A DNA stretch of 63,995 nt, filler included, from Candidatus Babelota bacterium (GTDB lineage Bacteria; JAGOBX01), in NCBI GenBank assembly GCA_017999075.1. It is 11 parts of 11 records of this genome, joined end to end, with 100 filler letters (N's around TTAATTAATTAA, not from the genome) between each part and the next. Parts side by side here need not be neighbours in the genome. Positions count along the whole stretch, not along the records: positions 22,007 to 42,600 come from JAGOBX010000009.1; positions 42,701 to 46,979 come from JAGOBX010000368.1; positions 47,080 to 51,353 come from JAGOBX010000369.1; 8 more parts are not named here. One strand, 5' to 3'. This document shows, piece by piece, positions 38,725 to 49,358 of this stretch (its first letter is position 1; each line of letters opens with the position of its first letter). A program made the translations under genes and the position numbers. The notes beneath the pieces are model-generated. The model searched no databases, was not told the DNA's origin, and worked only from the letters and a program-made list of their open reading frames with translations.

Positions 38725-41604
38725 ATGTTAATTAAGAAAAAACTGATACTGTATTTTACTTCCGCTGCTTGCATTCCTATGATATTTTTATTTTTTGCAG
38801 GACTCACTTTTTTTGAAAAAGCTAAGGAAGCTGACATAGTAAAAAATTATTATGATATACAAACTGCATTTCTTGAAAACATTCAGCTTATGCTAAACAT
38901 CAATGTTGAAAATTTAAAAACATGGAGTTCACTATCAGTTATGAATGAACTGCTTGCTGACGACATTGAAGGAAATATAACTAAAATTCTTGTGAAATTC
39001 AATAGTAATTATAAAGTTTTTCTTAATTTAAGCGTAGTAAATATGCAGGGAAAAATTTTGTCTTCATCAGACAATAAATTGCTGATGAAAACTTTAATAG
39101 ACGAACCTGGTTTTCAGCAAGCGTTAAGTAAAAAATCACTTTATATTACCGAAGTTTATGAAAGCGTGTTATTTAACGCGAATACATTAGTAGCATATTT
39201 TCCTATAGTTTTAAGCGATGGCCAGACAGCCGGATTTATAGCGGGGGCATTTGATTGCGGCAAATTATTTTATGCTCAAAATAATTCTATTCAATTGATA
39301 TCAGGGGCACCGCAGGACAATAACGCGTTTTTGCAGTTATATAATTCGGAAAACACTGTTATTTCGGCTCCTGAATTTTTAATTAAGCAATCGGTTATTT
39401 TGAAATCAAAAAATATGAATTTTGATTTACAGAAAATGATTGATAAAAACACGAAAGGATATTTGAAAAACAGTGATAAAATAATTGTATTTATGAGACC
39501 TGAAACAGGACAGAACAAATTCAAAGAAGCCACACCAGTTATAAACTGGTATACTGTAGCTGAAATTTCTACAGATGCTGCATTTGCCGATATAAATAAA
39601 ATGAAAAATATTACTTTAATATTTTTATTACTTCTTATATCAGCAGCTGTTGTTTTTTCATTATATATTTCTGATAAAATAACAAAACCTGTGCTGATGG
39701 TTGCGGGAATAGGAGAAAAACTTGCTGCTGGAGATTTGAGGATAGAAGAGATTGATTATAAAACCAGTGATGAAATAGGACAGCTTGTAGTATCGTTTAA
39801 CAATATTCTCAACAGCCAGAGAAAACTTGCAGAACAGGCTATTTGCATAGCAAATGACGATTTGTTAAACTCTAAACTGGATAATACGATTTCAGGTGAT
39901 TTGGGCGAAGCATTTTCAAATATGACGTTGAAATTAAGGAATATTGCAAAACATTCTCAGATTATTGCCGATGATGATTTATATAATCGAAGTTTGAACA
40001 TTAAAGGAACCGGGACTCTGGGGAAAGCTTTTTCCGATATGATAATAAATCTTAGAAATCTTACTGAGAAAGCTCAAATTATAGCTGCCGGTGATTTGAA
40101 AAACGTCAAATTGACTGTATCTGAAAACGGGACTTTGTCAAAAGCATTTTCAAATATGATAATTAATTTACGGAAGATAGCTAATCAGGCACAGATAATA
40201 GCTGATGAAAAACTTAATGATGTCATATTAAATGAAAATATACCAGGAGATCTTGGTTCTGCGTTTGCAGTAATGGTTAATAACTTGAGGTCTCTTGCAG
40301 AAAAAGCTCAGATTATAGCAGCAGGTGATTTAAAAAATAAAAATCTTTCTACTGAAGGCGACGGAGTTCTTACTTTGGCATTTTCTGAAATGATAGCTAA
40401 TTTAAAAAAATTATCTGTTCAGGCTGAAATTATAGCAAATGATAATTTATATGAACCTTTATTGAATGAACGTATATCAGGAGATTTAGGAACAGCATTT
40501 GGAGTTATGGTTGAAAATTTAAGATCGCTTGCCGAGAAAGCTAAACTGATAGCTTCAGGAGATTTGCAAAATGAAAAGTTAAATATGAATTTTAATGGGT
40601 CATTATCCGCAGCATTTTCTGAAATGATAGTTAATCTTAGAAAATTGGCATTACAGGCAGAACTCCTGACAGAAGGAAAACTGAATTCTGAACTGCTTAA
40701 AGAACGCATTAAAGGAAACCTTGGGGATTCTTTTGCGGCAATGGTGGATAAGTTAAAAATATTGATACTGGAAATAAAAAGTTCTTCTGATAATGTAAAT
40801 TCAATTGCCGTTGAATTAATGAATTCAACTCAATCTATGGCGAACGATACGAAAATTCAATCTGAAAAAATTACTGAAATAACTAATGGAATATCAGAAA
40901 TAAATTTGTCTATAAAACAGGTTTCTGAATCGTCAAAATCTGCAGAATATATTTCAGCTAATGCTGAAGAACAAACTTTGGAAGGGGTTTCAGTTGTTCA
41001 TGATACTATGACAGGACTTCAAACAATAACAAATAATATGAATGAAGTAAGCGTTAAAATCAATGATCTTGAAAAAGCAAGCAAGGAAATAGGAACAATT
41101 ATAAATGCAATAAGTTCTATAAGTGAACAAACAAATTTACTGTCATTGAATGCTGCAATAGAAGCTGCCAGAGCCGGTGAAGCAGGTAAAGGATTTGCAG
41201 TTGTTGCAGATGAAGTTAGAAAATTATCTGAAAGCAGCCATGCAAGCGCTGCTGAAATTTCTGTTATAATAGATAAAATTAAAGATAATATGAAATTGAC
41301 AGTAGAATCTATGGAATTTTCAAATCAGAGCGCTCAGGCAAGCGTTGCGTATGCCCAGAGATTAAGCGATAATTTTGTAAAAATACAGGAATCGATTGTA
41401 TCCACCAAAAAAAGCATTGCAGATATAGTATCAGCATTGACCCGCCAAAATCAAGCCAGGGATAATATTACAGTCTCTGCCACTTCTGTAAATACTGTTG
41501 TAACCGATTTAAACAAAGTTTCGATACAGCTTGTGAATCAAAGTGATGATTTGATGAATATTGCTAAAACATTGAATAAAGTTGTATCTAAATTTGAGTT
41601 TTAA
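38725..41604 (+). CDS. Methyl-accepting chemotaxis protein: TM-dCache-like-TM, poly-HAMP array, MCP signalling domain
   Basis: Hairpin tip [33 protein letters not shown]; two TMs; one canonical HAMP plus eight 39-aa repeats. Confidence 0.95.
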   Translation: MLIKKKLILYFTSAACIPMIFLFFAGLTFFEKAKEADIVKNYYDIQTAFLENIQLMLNINVENLKTWSSLSVMNELLADDIEGNITKILVKFNSNYKVFLNLSVVNMQGKILSSSDNKLLMKTLIDEPGFQQALSKKSLYITEVYESVLFNANTLVAYFPIVLSDGQTAGFIAGAFDCGKLFYAQNNSIQLISGAPQDNNAFLQLYNSENTVISAPEFLIKQSVILKSKNMNFDLQKMIDKNTKGYLKNSDKIIVFMRPETGQNKFKEATPVINWYTVAEISTDAAFADINKMKNITLIFLLLLISAAVVFSLYISDKITKPVLMVAGIGEKLAAGDLRIEEIDYKTSDEIGQLVVSFNNILNSQRKLAEQAICIANDDLLNSKLDNTISGDLGEAFSNMTLKLRNIAKHSQIIADDDLYNRSLNIKGTGTLGKAFSDMIINLRNLTEKAQIIAAGDLKNVKLTVSENGTLSKAFSNMIINLRKIANQAQIIADEKLNDVILNENIPGDLGSAFAVMVNNLRSLAEKAQIIAAGDLKNKNLSTEGDGVLTLAFSEMIANLKKLSVQAEIIANDNLYEPLLNERISGDLGTAFGVMVENLRSLAEKAKLIASGDLQNEKLNMNFNGSLSAAFSEMIVNLRKLALQAELLTEGKLNSELLKERIKGNLGDSFAAMVDKLKILILEIKSSSDNVNSIAVELMNSTQSMANDTKIQSEKITEITNGISEINLSIKQVSESSKSAEYISANAEEQTLEGVSVVHDTMTGLQTITNNMNEVSVKINDLEKASKEIGTIINAISSISEQTNLLSLNAAIEAARAGEAGKGFAVVADEVRKLSESSHASAAEISVIIDKIKDNMKLTVESMEFSNQSAQASVAYAQRLSDNFVKIQESIVSTKKSIADIVSALTRQNQARDNITVSATSVNTVVTDLNKVSIQLVNQSDDLMNIAKTLNKVVSKFEF
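39817..40752 (+). repeat. Eight tandem 117-nt / 39-aa HAMP-like coding repeats
   Basis: Consensus LRxLAxxAQIIAxGDLxNxxLxxxxxGxLxxAFxxMxxN; each unit counted as exactly 39 aa with no indels. Confidence 0.9.
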
Positions 41605-41811
41605 TGTTTAAATAAATATAAAAAACTTGTTTTTTTTAATTATAAATTTAAAATTGAAAAAATTTAAAATTTATATGCGGAATTTTAATTTATGAATTTT
41701 AAAAGATTCCATAATAAGATTTTAGATTTGAAACAAGATTATTTTCAATTAATGAAATTGTTTTAAAAATATATTAATTTTATTGAAGTGTGTTAGCGGA
41801 GGGTTAAAAGA

Positions 41812-42600
41812 ATGAATTTAAAAAAATTTATGCCTAAAACATTAAAATCCAAATTATTACTTTTAATAATAGCTATTACAGTTATTCCTTTATTATTAAC
41901 AGGCATAGTAACTTATTCAAACACTAAAAAAACTGTAGATGATTTGCTTATTAATGACCTTGCTCATATATCAACCAATGTGCGGAGCATGTGCGTTGCT
42001 CAAAAAGGTCTTTTGCAGGAATTTATAGAGTCTGATTATAAAGTGGCAAATTCTATTTTTTTGAAATATCAGGTATCTTTAGATCAGTTAAATAAAATCA
42101 GATGGTCAGCAGTAAATCAATTGACTAAAGATAAAAAAGATATTGAACTTCCTTCTTTTAAGTTGGGGGAAGAGGAAATACTGCAGAATAGTGATCCGGA
42201 TAAATATCAAAAAATAGTTGATGATGTAAAGAAACTTACTGGAGCGACATGCACTATATTTCAGCGTATGAATGAATCGGGAGATATGCTTAGGATCTCG
42301 ACAAGCGTGTTAAATAAGGAAGGAAAAAGAGCTTTAGGCACTTATATTCCTTATGTTAATGATGCGGGTGAAAAAAATAAGGTTATAGAAACTGTATTGA
42401 AAGGAGAAATATACAGGGGTCGCGCTTATGTTGTTGATCAGTGGTATATAACCGTTTATGCACCATTCAAAGATTCTGACGGGAAAGTAATAGGGATGTT
42501 ATATGTTGGAAGAAAGGAAATAAGTGTTACTTCTCTCATAGATTCAATAAAAAAAATTAAAATAGCGTCTACAGGATATGTGTTTGTACTAAATAGTAAA
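41812..42600 (+). CDS. Cache_3/Cache_2 fusion-domain sensor (probable MCP), 3'-truncated
   Basis: GATCTIFQRMNESGDMLRISTSV...RALGTYIP...YRGRAYVVDQWYITVYAP...IGMLYVG, TGYVFVL. Confidence 0.88.
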
Positions 42601-42700
42601 NNNNNNNNNNNNNNNNNNNNNNNNNNNNNNNNNNNNNNNNNNNNTTAATTAATTAANNNNNNNNNNNNNNNNNNNNNNNNNNNNNNNNNNNNNNNNNNNN
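42601..42700. other. Artificial contig linker
   Basis: N44-TTAATTAATTAA-N44. Confidence 0.99.
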
Positions 42701-42920
42701 ATCCTAAACTAAGCTGATAACTCCATGGTTTTTCAAGATATTTTTCGAAATTAATGCCTATTTCAGGTTTGTCTTTATAATCCGAACCGTGTAAAAAATA
42801 GTGATATCCAGCATATGGTCCGAAATAACATTCTGATTTTAAAGTTTCAGCTTCAGCATTAGAAAATAAAAACATTGAAAAACAGATACAAATAAAAATA
42901 ATAACTACTAATTTTCGCAT
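42701..42920 (-). CDS. Outer-membrane beta-barrel (OmpA-like) protein, N-terminal fragment
   Basis: Signal peptide ending AEA-E; FGPYAGYHYF and alternating beta-strand pattern; AGGGGTG RBS. Confidence 0.55.
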
Positions 42921-42955
42921 ATTATAAACACCCCTATATTCTAAAAATTACTAAA

Positions 42956-42984
42956 ATTATAAATTATATTTCTCGTATATTCAA
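42956..42984 (-). promoter_or_regulatory. Sigma70 promoter
   Basis: Minus strand TTGAAT-17-TATAAT. Confidence 0.6.
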
Positions 42985-43083
42985 GCCTTTTTTCCTTCAG
43001 GCGCTAATAATTTATCGGGTATTTTTTCTATGAATTCTAATAAAAAAATATTTAATATAAAAAAATATTAATGTATTTTTTTG

Positions 43084-44406
43084 TTAACTCTTCAGTGATA
43101 ATGATTTCAATAATCCTAATGCATTTGACTGAACTACTCTAATTTTATATTCTTTTTTTAATATTTTTATATTCACATCATCAATAAAAATATCTTTATT
43201 ATACCTTAAGGATACATCTGGTATTAAAATACATGAAGTTTCATCAATCATTTTTTCAGATTTCATATAATCGAGCTGATTAATTATATCTTTTCCGCTG
43301 ATTAATCCTGTTACTGTAACATTTTTTCCAAGATAATTGTTTTGTATAGAAATAATATTTAAAGAAATTCCTGTATTAAAAAAAAGACATTCCGCAATTT
43401 TTTCAAAAAAACTTTTTGTAATTTTTCCTGTAACAGCAAAAATTTTTACATTTTTATTTTCAGCAATTCTTGTCTTGTATTTTAAAAAATTTTGTTTAAA
43501 CTCGTATTCAAATTTTGCAAGCATTCCCACACCATTTTCAAGCTGATGAAACTCTTCGTATTCTTCATAATCAGGAATTTTTTTCCCGGCTAATATATAA
43601 AATTCATCTGATAAAAAAACTATTCTGCTCTGAAACTTTTTCAAACATCTGTTTTGCACAAATTCAACAGTTTTAATAATTTTTAACGCATCATGTTTCT
43701 TTACGCATTTTAATTTTGTAAGCCCTTTTCTGTGTTTAGTTAAACCAACAGGAACAACTGAAATTGATTTTACGTATGGATATAAATTTGACATATCCGA
43801 TAATGAAGTAAATAATTTATTGTCGTTATACCCTGGTATCAATACAATCTGCAAGTGCATCTCAATTCTATGCGCCGCAAATAATTTAAGTTTATCTAGT
43901 ATTTTGAATTTATAATTTACACCCAGAATTTTACGTCTGATGTTATCATCAGTAGAATGAACAGAAATGAAAAGCGGCGATAAACGCATTAAAAAAATTT
44001 TTTTATAATGTTTTTCATTAAGGTTTGATAATGTAAGATAATTCCCGTATAAAAATGATAATCTGTAATCTTCATCCTTAAAAAACAAAGATTTTCTCGC
44101 GGTTTCAGGATGCTGATCGCAAAAACAAAAAATACACTTATTCCCACATTGCATAACTTTAAAATCCTGAAGTTCTATACCAAAATTTCCGGAATATATA
44201 TTTTTGATTTTTGCGCTAAAATATCGGTTTTCTTTATTTTTTTTAAATTCAAAATTTATGAATTTTTCGTCTGAATTCAAATAAAAAGAAAAATCAAGAA
44301 AATCATCTATATTGTTTCCGTTTATACTAAGAAGAAAATCTCCTGATTGAATATTGTATTTCTTTAAAGGAGATGATTTGGTGATTTTTGATATTATTGC
44401 AGGCAT
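43084..44406 (-). CDS. PDZ + radical SAM DUF512 family protein (TIGR03279-like)
   Basis: CGNKCIFCFCDQ, KDEDYRLSFLYGNYLTL, VVPVGLTKHR, QLENGVG, VTVTGLISGKDI. Confidence 0.92.
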   Translation of the reverse strand: MPAIISKITKSSPLKKYNIQSGDFLLSINGNNIDDFLDFSFYLNSDEKFINFEFKKNKENRYFSAKIKNIYSGNFGIELQDFKVMQCGNKCIFCFCDQHPETARKSLFFKDEDYRLSFLYGNYLTLSNLNEKHYKKIFLMRLSPLFISVHSTDDNIRRKILGVNYKFKILDKLKLFAAHRIEMHLQIVLIPGYNDNKLFTSLSDMSNLYPYVKSISVVPVGLTKHRKGLTKLKCVKKHDALKIIKTVEFVQNRCLKKFQSRIVFLSDEFYILAGKKIPDYEEYEEFHQLENGVGMLAKFEYEFKQNFLKYKTRIAENKNVKIFAVTGKITKSFFEKIAECLFFNTGISLNIISIQNNYLGKNVTVTGLISGKDIINQLDYMKSEKMIDETSCILIPDVSLRYNKDIFIDDVNIKILKKEYKIRVVQSNALGLLKSLSLKS

Positions 44407-44417
44407 ATTTTTCTACA

Positions 44418-44909
44418 TTAAACACATAAAATATTTCTGTTTGACATTATTACCATAATTATATCTGTGTAGGCAGACGGTATTCCTGCACAACATTTGT
44501 GCGATAATTCAAATTCATATAATGCTTCTTTCTCAACAAGAATATTCACCTTGAATTTTTCTAAAATTTTTAGTTTTGATATAGTTGACTCGTATATAGA
44601 AGCAAGTTTTACAGCTTCTCTTATAAGCAGTATATGTGCCGGAAATATTTCTGTCTGTATAATAGCGTCAAAAAAATTTGAAATTGTTTCTATATTTTTT
44701 TCAGTTTCTCCAAGATAAGTCCTCTGCATCAAAATTATTTTTTTTGTACACAGTTCGGTTTTATAAAACAAAGGCTTTTCCTGAGGAACACATTCTATTC
44801 CGCTGTTATGTCCTGCTTCTTCTGTTTCCTCAATCAATTCCTTGATGTTTTCTGAATTGGCAGAGATGTTAAATTTTCCTTTTTTTTCTGATTTCTTCAT
44901 ACGCTTCAT
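44418..44909 (-). CDS. DsrE/YedF-like domain protein lacking the usual CGTC motif
   Basis: YLGE...FFDAI...[13 protein letters not shown]...LKILEK..VNILV..AL...L..K..AG pattern resembles the DsrE-like domain of YedF. Start uncertain (41-nt overlap with the upstream gene). Confidence 0.55.
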   Translation of the reverse strand: MKRMKKSEKKGKFNISANSENIKELIEETEEAGHNSGIECVPQEKPLFYKTELCTKKIILMQRTYLGETEKNIETISNFFDAIIQTEIFPAHILLIREAVKLASIYESTISKLKILEKFKVNILVEKEALYEFELSHKCCAGIPSAYTDIIMVIMSNRNILCV

Positions 44910-45720
44910 TGATTTTATTCATCTTTTCTGTTGCAAATTTAATCATATCTTCAGGTAAACCTTTTGATACAAGTTTATCAGGATGATATTGAGTTACAAG
45001 AGTTCTGTAAGCCTTTTTAATTTCCTGGTCTGTCGCGGACCCGGAAATGCCTAATATTTCATAGTACTGATCCGTAGCGCTGATATAAAGACTTTTTATT
45101 TGATGATGATGGGTTTCTGAAATGCCTAACATCATTACTACTTTATTTATAAATTCTTCTTCTCCTTTATGGAGACTTCCGTCTGACATTGCTATTTTAT
45201 ACAGAAGATTCAGTATTTCAATATTTATTTGTGGATTAGAAATGGTCTTCCATTGCAAAAGTAAATCATCTATATTGTGATTTGAATTAAGAGCTTCTTT
45301 AAAAATAATCCTTATTTTCTGAAGCGAATCTTCATCTAAATTAAGCTGTGTTTTAAAAAAATCTTTTACTATTCTAACTTCAGCAGCATCAACTTTTCCG
45401 TCTGCCTGCGCCATTTTAGCGCATAATGCTATTAAAACAGTAATAAATGCGCTTTGTTTAACTTGATTGGTTTGATAATCATTTTGTTCTTGAAAATAAC
45501 CCTTATCGTTTCCGTAAACTCCGTTTCCGCAATTATCACATACTTCTCTGCCGTATTCCAGAAGATTTCCGCATTTATTGCAGCGAATGAATTTTCCCGA
45601 ATAACTTCTGATATTTATATTATCAGCATCTATCACATGTCCGATGCCAACGCCTAATAAAGCGCCTATAGGACCTCCTAAAATAAACCCTATGCCGCCG
45701 CCTAATAATTTGCCTATCAT
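44869..45720 (-). CDS. djlA: DjlA-like co-chaperone (TM - zinc ribbon - TerB - J domain)
   Basis: [40 protein letters not shown]...IKKAYR...YHPDKL..KGLP. Confidence 0.85.
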   Translation of the reverse strand: MIGKLLGGGIGFILGGPIGALLGVGIGHVIDADNINIRSYSGKFIRCNKCGNLLEYGREVCDNCGNGVYGNDKGYFQEQNDYQTNQVKQSAFITVLIALCAKMAQADGKVDAAEVRIVKDFFKTQLNLDEDSLQKIRIIFKEALNSNHNIDDLLLQWKTISNPQINIEILNLLYKIAMSDGSLHKGEEEFINKVVMMLGISETHHHQIKSLYISATDQYYEILGISGSATDQEIKKAYRTLVTQYHPDKLVSKGLPEDMIKFATEKMNKINEAYEEIRKKRKI

Positions 45721-45727
45721 AATCTTT

Positions 45728-45757
45728 ATTATATCTATATATCAAAGAAAAATGCAA
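45728..45757 (-). promoter_or_regulatory. Sigma70 promoter immediately upstream of the djlA start codon
   Basis: Minus strand TTGCAT-18-TATAAT, then 7 nt to ATG; no Shine-Dalgarno. Confidence 0.55.
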
Positions 45758-45764
45758 TAAAAAT

Positions 45765-46979
45765 TTATTGTTTTATAATTTCATTTATTTCATATAATGA
45801 AGTGCCGTCTTCTTTAGTTATTACATCAACCATTTTTATTTTTTTTATAATCGTGTCGTCGTATATTATTGAATTATAAAACGGATAATTATCAGAATTA
45901 AAAGTTATGAAAAATATTTTATAATCATAACTCCCGATCGCAGAATTTAATTCATTTTTCTGTATATAAGGATATCCCCCTTCATTTTTGTAAGTGAAAA
46001 GAATTATATTTTTCGGAATATTAAGTTTATACATCGCATATAACGAAAATTTTGTCTGCTCATAAAGATGTTTGTCTGTTATAATTATATTTTTTTTATT
46101 AATATCAATATATTTTTTCAGGGTTCTTCCTAAAGAAATAGTAACATTCCCTTTGTTGCTGCTTAAATAATAAGGCCATCCTGAACTTTTATCTAATGGA
46201 ACAAACCCTCTCCATAAAACCTGGTATTTATCGCATTTTCCCCCATATTTTTCGAACGGATAAAAATAAAAACTTAAAATAGACACAGGGAAATAAAAAA
46301 AAATTATAATAATTATTTTTTTTTTCTTGACGATTAAATAATTCAATGCCGATCCTGAAATTAAAATATAAAAAAATATATTAGTAACATAATACCTGAA
46401 ATCATGAGAACGCAAAGGCAGAAACTGATTCCATGAAATTTTCAATAATAAACCTATAAAAAATGTATTTAACAAAAGTCCTGCCGCGAAAATTAAAGTC
46501 AGGTTTTTATTGAATTTATATGAGAAATAAATAATTATGATAAATAATACCGCTGAAAATAATGAACAGAAATACGGGTTGAACGATACCCCTGAATAAT
46601 GACTGAACATATAAAAACCAGTATTTAATAAAAAAATTATATCAAAAAAATCTATAATTTTAGAAAAAACCGCCGTATATTGTAACGTGGGTATTTTAAA
46701 ATCCATAACAGCAGTTATATATATGAATAATAACAATAAAATCAAAAATAATATGCCTGATCCGATCATAATCATATTTTTATTTGAAAATTTATTTCTG
46801 TAAAAAATAAAACTTATTATCAGTATTGAAGAAATAATTAAAGGCGATGATACCGGGTGTATCACTGCTGCGAAACAAGCAAATATTATAGAAAAAATCA
46901 AATATAATAAACTTCTATTAAAATAAAAACTTATTATAAAATAAACGAAGATCAGTGACACAAAAAATGAAGAATGATG
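45765..46979 (-). CDS. Polytopic membrane protein, 5'-truncated (possibly GT-C-fold glycosyltransferase-like)
   Basis: Many hydrophobic segments, HP motif, RYY motif before the last TMs, soluble C-terminal domain. Confidence 0.5.
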   Translation of the reverse strand, partial: HHSSFFVSLIFVYFIISFYFNRSLLYLIFSIIFACFAAVIHPVSSPLIISSILIISFIFYRNKFSNKNMIMIGSGILFLILLLLFIYITAVMDFKIPTLQYTAVFSKIIDFFDIIFLLNTGFYMFSHYSGVSFNPYFCSLFSAVLFIIIIYFSYKFNKNLTLIFAAGLLLNTFFIGLLLKISWNQFLPLRSHDFRYYVTNIFFYILISGSALNYLIVKKKKIIIIIFFYFPVSILSFYFYPFEKYGGKCDKYQVLWRGFVPLDKSSGWPYYLSSNKGNVTISLGRTLKKYIDINKKNIIITDKHLYEQTKFSLYAMYKLNIPKNIILFTYKNEGGYPYIQKNELNSAIGSYDYKIFFITFNSDNYPFYNSIIYDDTIIKKIKMVDVITKEDGTSLYEINEIIKQ

Positions 46980-47079
46980 NNNNNNNNNNNNNNNNNNNNN
47001 NNNNNNNNNNNNNNNNNNNNNNNTTAATTAATTAANNNNNNNNNNNNNNNNNNNNNNNNNNNNNNNNNNNNNNNNNNNN
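46980..47079. other. Artificial contig linker
   Basis: N44-TTAATTAATTAA-N44. Confidence 0.99.
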
Positions 47080-47100
47080 ACCAAATACAGAGGTAGAAAA

Positions 47101-48291
47101 ATGAGTAATGCAATTGATAATTTAAAAATACAATCAGATATTTTAGATGATATAACATTATTAAATGAATATAAAAAATTACGAAACGAGATTGGAGATG
47201 TGATTCAGTCTGAAGATGAAAATAATATTGAACCGGTAATTTCTGAAGATGAGAAATATGAAAATAACAATATAACTGAAAAAGAAACTGAAGATTATGA
47301 CAGCGATGAAAAAATAATAATTGAAAATAAAGATGAATCTGGAGACAATGAATTGCCTGAAAATATTGAGGATTCACAAGAAAACAGCGCGGGTTCCCTG
47401 AAAAAAGATGAATCTGATATTGAAATTGAAAAAGAAGAAATTAAAGAAGAAATAGAAGTATCTCAAGATATACCTGAAAATCTTATTAAATCAGTTATTG
47501 AATCTCTTTTGTTTATTTCAGGGAGCTCTGTAACATTTGAGAAAATGCAAAAAGTTATTAACATAGATTATTCCAAATTCCGAAAACATATTTTTGAATT
47601 AAATAATTTATATAAACAAAATAATCATTGTTTTAGAATAGTGGAAGTGGCAAACGGATTTCAGATTGTGACCAGAACCGAACTTGCCGATTATATAAGA
47701 AAATTTTTCGGAGCCAGAAAAGTTAAACATTTTCCTCCATCAACGCTTGAAGTCTTGGCAGTTATAGCATACAGACAGCCTGTAACTAAAGGACAGGTTG
47801 AACATATCAGAGGAGTTAACAGTGATGCTCAAATTCAAGTTCTTATAGAAAAAAAAATGATTCAAATTATAGGAAGAGCAGAAGAACTTGGAAGACCGCT
47901 TCTTTACGGAACCACTAAAGAATTTTTGGAATATTTCGGATTAAAAGACTTGAGTGAATTGCCTGACAGTAAAGAACTTGATCAAATACTTGCAGTTCAA
48001 CGTCAGGAAGAAACGCAGAAGATTGATAAAATACTGGGTGAAATTGACGGAACTCAATTGCCTGATGGGGATAAGAAGATAGAAGAAATTGAATTATCGG
48101 ATACTGAAAAATCTTTACAGGAAAGAATTGTTTATGAAAACAAACAGTTAGAAGAAGAGAAGGCTTTGGAAATGGAATTTATTGAAGTTCTTGAAAAAAG
48201 CAAACAAACAAAAAAAAATACTAAAGAAATGTTTGAAAAATTCAATTCTGATTTAAATAAGGAAGATACAGAAGAAATATCAGAAACATAA
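47101..48291 (+). CDS. scpB: SMC-Scp complex subunit ScpB with long acidic extensions
   Basis: IESLLF, EVANGFQ, LEVLAVIAYRQPVT, IRGVNSD, GRPLLYGTTKEFLEYFGL..LSELP. Confidence 0.93.
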   Translation: MSNAIDNLKIQSDILDDITLLNEYKKLRNEIGDVIQSEDENNIEPVISEDEKYENNNITEKETEDYDSDEKIIIENKDESGDNELPENIEDSQENSAGSLKKDESDIEIEKEEIKEEIEVSQDIPENLIKSVIESLLFISGSSVTFEKMQKVINIDYSKFRKHIFELNNLYKQNNHCFRIVEVANGFQIVTRTELADYIRKFFGARKVKHFPPSTLEVLAVIAYRQPVTKGQVEHIRGVNSDAQIQVLIEKKMIQIIGRAEELGRPLLYGTTKEFLEYFGLKDLSELPDSKELDQILAVQRQEETQKIDKILGEIDGTQLPDGDKKIEEIELSDTEKSLQERIVYENKQLEEEKALEMEFIEVLEKSKQTKKNTKEMFEKFNSDLNKEDTEEISET

Positions 48292-48375
48292 TGATTCGGA
48301 AAAAAATGTTAATAAATCGTTTTCAGAAAAAAATAAAACAGCTTAAAAAATAATCACAAACTTAGGAGTTTAAAA

Positions 48376-49332
48376 ATGGAAAAAATAAAAACAGGAGTTA
48401 TTGGAGTCGGTCATCTTGGACAGCATCATGCAAGAATATATTCCGAATTGAAGGAAATTGTTGAATTAGTTGGAATTTATGATTTGAACAATGAGCAGGC
48501 TTTGAAAATTTCTGAAAAATGCGGATGTAAAATGTTTGATGATTATTCTGAATTATTGGATCAGGTTCAGGCTGTAAGTATTGCTGTTCCTACTTTATCG
48601 CATTTTAAAATAGCTTCTGAAAGTTTAAAAAAAGGAGTGCATACTCTTGTAGAAAAACCCATTACAGCAACTGTTGAAGAAGCAAAAAAACTTTTGAAAC
48701 TTGCTGATAAACATAATTCAATATTGCAGGTTGGTCATGTAGAGAGATTTAATTCAGCTATAAGAAAATTATCACAGACTATCACCTGTCCTAAATTTAT
48801 AGAGTGTGACAGACTTGCACCGTTTGCACTGCGAGGCGCGGATGTTTCCGTTGTATTAGATTTGATGATTCATGATATTGATATAATATTAAGTTTAGTT
48901 AAATCCAAAGTAAAAAGAATCGAAGCTCAGGGAGTGGCAATTTTTACTAAAACAGAAGATATAGCTAATGTCAGACTTGAATTTGAAAACGGATGTGCGG
49001 CAAATATTACAGCAAGCAGAGTAAGCGTTGACAGAACAAGAAAAATAAGAATTTTTGAAGAAAATGCCTATTATTCTGTGGACTATTCAACTCAGTCTAT
49101 AAAAATTATTTCAAAAAAAACTGAGGCTGATTTGAATAATTTTAGTAATTTTATGGATCTTATTAATATCGAAATGCTTAAAATAGAAAATGAAGAACCC
49201 TTGAAATCAGAATTGGAATCTTTCGTAGAATGTGTTTCAAAAGGAAAACAGCCGCTTGTTCCGGGTGAAGCAGGAAGCCAGGCTCTTGAATTAGCTGCTG
49301 CTATAATAAAAAAAATCAGGCGTAAAAACTGA
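48376..49332 (+). CDS. Gfo/Idh/MocA oxidoreductase (GnnA-like UDP-GlcNAc 3-dehydrogenase subfamily)
   Basis: GVGHLGQHHARIY, EKP, QVGHVERFN, DVSVVLDLMIHDID, ASRVS, EPLKSEL. Confidence 0.85.
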   Translation: MEKIKTGVIGVGHLGQHHARIYSELKEIVELVGIYDLNNEQALKISEKCGCKMFDDYSELLDQVQAVSIAVPTLSHFKIASESLKKGVHTLVEKPITATVEEAKKLLKLADKHNSILQVGHVERFNSAIRKLSQTITCPKFIECDRLAPFALRGADVSVVLDLMIHDIDIILSLVKSKVKRIEAQGVAIFTKTEDIANVRLEFENGCAANITASRVSVDRTRKIRIFEENAYYSVDYSTQSIKIISKKTEADLNNFSNFMDLINIEMLKIENEEPLKSELESFVECVSKGKQPLVPGEAGSQALELAAAIIKKIRRKN

Positions 49333-49358
49333 ACTTATAATTTTAAGGTAGTGCAGAT

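Noticed and set aside
39817..40752. 117-nt periodicity as a CRISPR array or DNA tandem repeat
   Set aside because: Repeats are degenerate at DNA level, in frame and conserved at protein level; they are coding HAMP-like repeats.
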